A stretch of 63,409 bases of DNA, counting the filler. It is 7 parts of 7 records of this genome, joined end to end, with 100 filler letters (N's around TTAATTAATTAA, not from the genome) between each part and the next. Parts side by side here need not be neighbours in the genome. Positions count along the whole stretch, not along the records: positions 57,775 to 63,409 come from SRR2962707_4633; 6 more parts are not named here. One strand, 5' to 3'. Within the stretch, counting starts at the first letter, position 1, and every line of letters starts with the position of its first letter. The notes below the pieces were generated by a model. That model saw only the letters and a program-made list of their open reading frames with translations, was not told where the DNA came from and searched no databases. The translations under genes were made by a program, and so were the position numbers. Positions 61,188 through 63,409 of the stretch are shown here, piece by piece.

Positions 61188-61769
61188 ATGCATGCACAAC
61201 CGGTTGATCCGAGTGTTCTGGCGCATTGCGTTGCCATTGTTGTGTCCCAGAACAAGGAAGATGGCGAGGCGCTGATGCGACTTGCCGAACGGCTTCGCTT
61301 CGGCGCGGTGATAGCCCATTCACCCAAGCTCAAGCCGGAGCCTTTCAATCACCGCCTGGTATTCTTTCTGGTCCATTTCGACTTCGCCAATACCGCCCGC
61401 ATGCAATTGCTGCGCGATCTGCGCCACTTTCCCTCAGTCAGCCTTGCCTATGCGCCGGTGGTGATGTTTTTGCGCGATGCGTCGGCAGCGCAAATCAGAG
61501 CCGGCATCGAGATGGGCTTTGACGATGTGATCAATGTGCCGGGCGAGGGGCCCGATATTGCGCATCGGCTGGCAAGCCAGATCGGGCGCGAACATCTCTA
61601 TGTCGAAACCCGCACCTATCTGGGGCCTGACCGTCACCGCATGGACAGGTTCGGGCCTGGTCCGGCGCAACGTCAGGCGGAAGAACCCCATGCCCGTCTG
61701 TTCATTATGCGCACGGTCGAGGAAGGGGTCCATATCGTGCGGCGCGAGGATGTCCACAAAGCCCATTGA
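61188..61769 (+). CDS. Hypothetical protein; degenerate receiver-like domain with YLGPDRHR tail
   Basis: Strong RBS GAGGAGG; LLRDLR...APVVMF...IRAGIEMGFDDVINVP resembles the C-terminal half of a receiver fold. Confidence 0.7.
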   Translation: MHAQPVDPSVLAHCVAIVVSQNKEDGEALMRLAERLRFGAVIAHSPKLKPEPFNHRLVFFLVHFDFANTARMQLLRDLRHFPSVSLAYAPVVMFLRDASAAQIRAGIEMGFDDVINVPGEGPDIAHRLASQIGREHLYVETRTYLGPDRHRMDRFGPGPAQRQAEEPHARLFIMRTVEEGVHIVRREDVHKAH

Positions 61770-61804
61770 GGCCGGTTGGCGCGGTCGCAGCCCCCCAAAA
61801 CAAT

Positions 61805-61828
61805 GAAGGCGGCCCGAGGGCCGCCTTC
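61805..61828 (-). terminator. Terminator hairpin downstream of rne (between convergent genes)
   Basis: GAAGGCGGCC-CGAG-GGCCGCCTTC, followed by ATTGTTTT on the minus strand. Confidence 0.8.
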
Positions 61829-61836
61829 TGTGTGTC

Positions 61837-63408
61837 TTAGCCCAGGCCAAGGCGGCGTTGCCACCAGCCGGCCTTCTTCTTGGGTGCCGGTTCGTCAGTC
61901 GCTTCGGCTTCGCTCGGTGCGGCGCTGGATGAAACCACAACGCCCTCTTCAGGCAGTTCCTTCTTGGCGCGGCGTGGCTTGGCTGGCGCCTCGGGTGCGG
62001 CTTCAACGGCTGCGGCAGCTTCTGGCGCTGGTGCAGGCTCGGCTGTGGGTGCAGCTTCAGCGACGCTGACCTCTGGCGCTGCCTCAGCGGCTGCTTCAGT
62101 GGCCTTTGGCTTGCGCGCCCGTGGCTTACGCTTGGGCTTTTCGGCCGGCGCTTCCTCGGCCGCAGCGTCTGGCGCCGCAGCAGCGGCTTCAGCGGCAACA
62201 GCGGCCACTTCGGCTGGCGAGGTTGGCTTGCCCGCTGCCGGCTTGCGACGGCGGGTCCGCTTGGGCTTTTCAGCCGGTGCGTCTTCTGCCGCAACTTCAA
62301 CAGCTTCAGCGGGTGCCGCTTCTGCGGGAGCAGCTTCGGCGGGTGCTGCCAGTTCTTCCTGGACCAGCAGCTTGTCGGCCACTGCATCGACAGTTTCAGG
62401 TGTCAGCGCGGTTTCACCGGTGGCTGGGGTCTGTTCGGTTCCCTCTTCGCCATCGCGACGGTTGCGGCGGCCACCACGACGACCGCGGCGGCGGCGCTTG
62501 CGCGGCTCGCCATCGGCGCCTTCAGCATCTTCAGCTGTGGGACGAGCGCTGTTTTCCTCGCCGTCTTCGGCCTCGGCCTCGGCATCAGCATCGGCTTCAG
62601 CGCCTTCGGCAGGAGCCTGTGCGGCGCGCTGCTGGGGTGGACGCTGGCCATTCTCTTCGCCGCGCTCGGCACCGCCACGACGGCGACGGCGACGACGGCG
62701 TGTCCGGCCTTCACCTTCGCCAGCGTCGGCGTTGGATGCGGCCTTTTCCTCGGCTTCTTCGTCCTCGACCTCGTCGACGATATCATCGTCAGCATCGTCT
62801 TCGATGATGGCGCTATCGACGCGGACATGCTCGGCAGCGCGCTGCTCGGCATAGGCGATGACGCGGGCGTCGCCCTTCTCGATGGCGAACTGGTGACCGG
62901 TCATCTTGCCATCAGCGGTGATGGTGATGGATAGCTGGTTGCGGATTTCCAGCGTGGTCAGGGTCTCGCGCTTGAAGTTGAGGATATAGAGGGCGACCTC
63001 GACGGGCACCCGCACATTGATCGACTGGCCCTGACGGCGCAGCACGTGTTCCTCGATATTGCGCATGATCATCAGCGCCAGCGACTCGACTGAGCGCACC
63101 AGACCGGTGCCATCGCACATCGGGCACTTGTGGGTGGAGCTTTCAACGACGCCAAAGCGGATACGCTGACGGCTCATTTCCATCAGGCCGAAATGGCTGA
63201 TGCGGCCAACCTGAATGCGGGCGCGATCGTCCTTGAGGCAATCCTTGAGCTTGCGTTCGACAGCCCGGTTGGAGCGGTTTTCCATCATGTCGATGAAATC
63301 GATCACGATCAGACCGGCCAGATCCCGCAGACGGAGCTGGCGAGCGACTTCATCGGCAGCTTCCAGATTGGTCTGGAGCGCGGTGTCCTCGATATTGTGC
63401 TCCTTGGT
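61837..63408 (-). CDS. rne: Ribonuclease E, 5'-truncated by window end
   Basis: TALQTNLEAADEVARQLRLRDLAGLIVIDFIDM, DRARIQVGRISHFGLMEMSRQR, CPMC Zn link, Arg-rich and acidic disordered C-terminus ending GWWQR. Confidence 0.97.
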   Translation of the reverse strand, partial: TKEHNIEDTALQTNLEAADEVARQLRLRDLAGLIVIDFIDMMENRSNRAVERKLKDCLKDDRARIQVGRISHFGLMEMSRQRIRFGVVESSTHKCPMCDGTGLVRSVESLALMIMRNIEEHVLRRQGQSINVRVPVEVALYILNFKRETLTTLEIRNQLSITITADGKMTGHQFAIEKGDARVIAYAEQRAAEHVRVDSAIIEDDADDDIVDEVEDEEAEEKAASNADAGEGEGRTRRRRRRRRGGAERGEENGQRPPQQRAAQAPAEGAEADADAEAEAEDGEENSARPTAEDAEGADGEPRKRRRRGRRGGRRNRRDGEEGTEQTPATGETALTPETVDAVADKLLVQEELAAPAEAAPAEAAPAEAVEVAAEDAPAEKPKRTRRRKPAAGKPTSPAEVAAVAAEAAAAAPDAAAEEAPAEKPKRKPRARKPKATEAAAEAAPEVSVAEAAPTAEPAPAPEAAAAVEAAPEAPAKPRRAKKELPEEGVVVSSSAAPSEAEATDEPAPKKKAGWWQRRLGLG

Positions 63409-63409
63409 G

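Noticed and set aside
61434-62854. Several long low-complexity ORFs overlapping the rne 3' half
   Set aside because: By-products of the Ala/Glu/Pro/Arg-rich disordered RNase E scaffold region, which is a known feature.

Overview
This window is not one locus. It is seven unrelated contig fragments joined by six identical artificial 100-bp spacers (N44-TTAATTAATTAA-N44). (1) 1-6104: the 3' part of an intron-containing eukaryotic gene for a single-pass membrane protein with at least 23 Cys-rich LNR/Notch-like repeats. (2) 6205-15566: an alphaproteobacterial locus where hopanoid genes (hpnH, ispH, hpnA, hpnN) are interleaved with phosphonate and lipid-headgroup genes (phosphonopyruvate decarboxylase, a PhnY-like 2-AEP dioxygenase, a LicC/PntC-like cytidylyltransferase, two CDP-alcohol phosphotransferases). 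This is the best candidate for an undescribed system. (3) 15667-22409: a ROK-regulated catabolic operon (M20 hydrolase, sugar ABC components, YhfX-like PLP enzyme) plus pmtA. (4) 22510-29307: flagellin-flbT-flaF and flgE-flgK-flgL, with a sigma54 promoter and a palindromic repeat element. (5) 29408-39949: a corrinoid salvage and uptake cluster with a cobalamin riboswitch. (6) 40050-57674: NAD-GDH, a sulfate ABC system split by a SufR-like-regulated redox module (SOD, ferredoxin, flavin reductase, truncated hemoglobin), TPR-GGDEF/GAF genes and an opp operon. (7) 57775-63409: accC/accB/aroQ/DsbA, an aminotransferase, a Cle-like pseudo-receiver and rne. Taxonomic impressions are inference from recalled protein families, not database results: Rhodospirillales/Thalassospira-like for 2-3, Devosiaceae-like for 4, 6 and 7, Marinobacter-like for 5.
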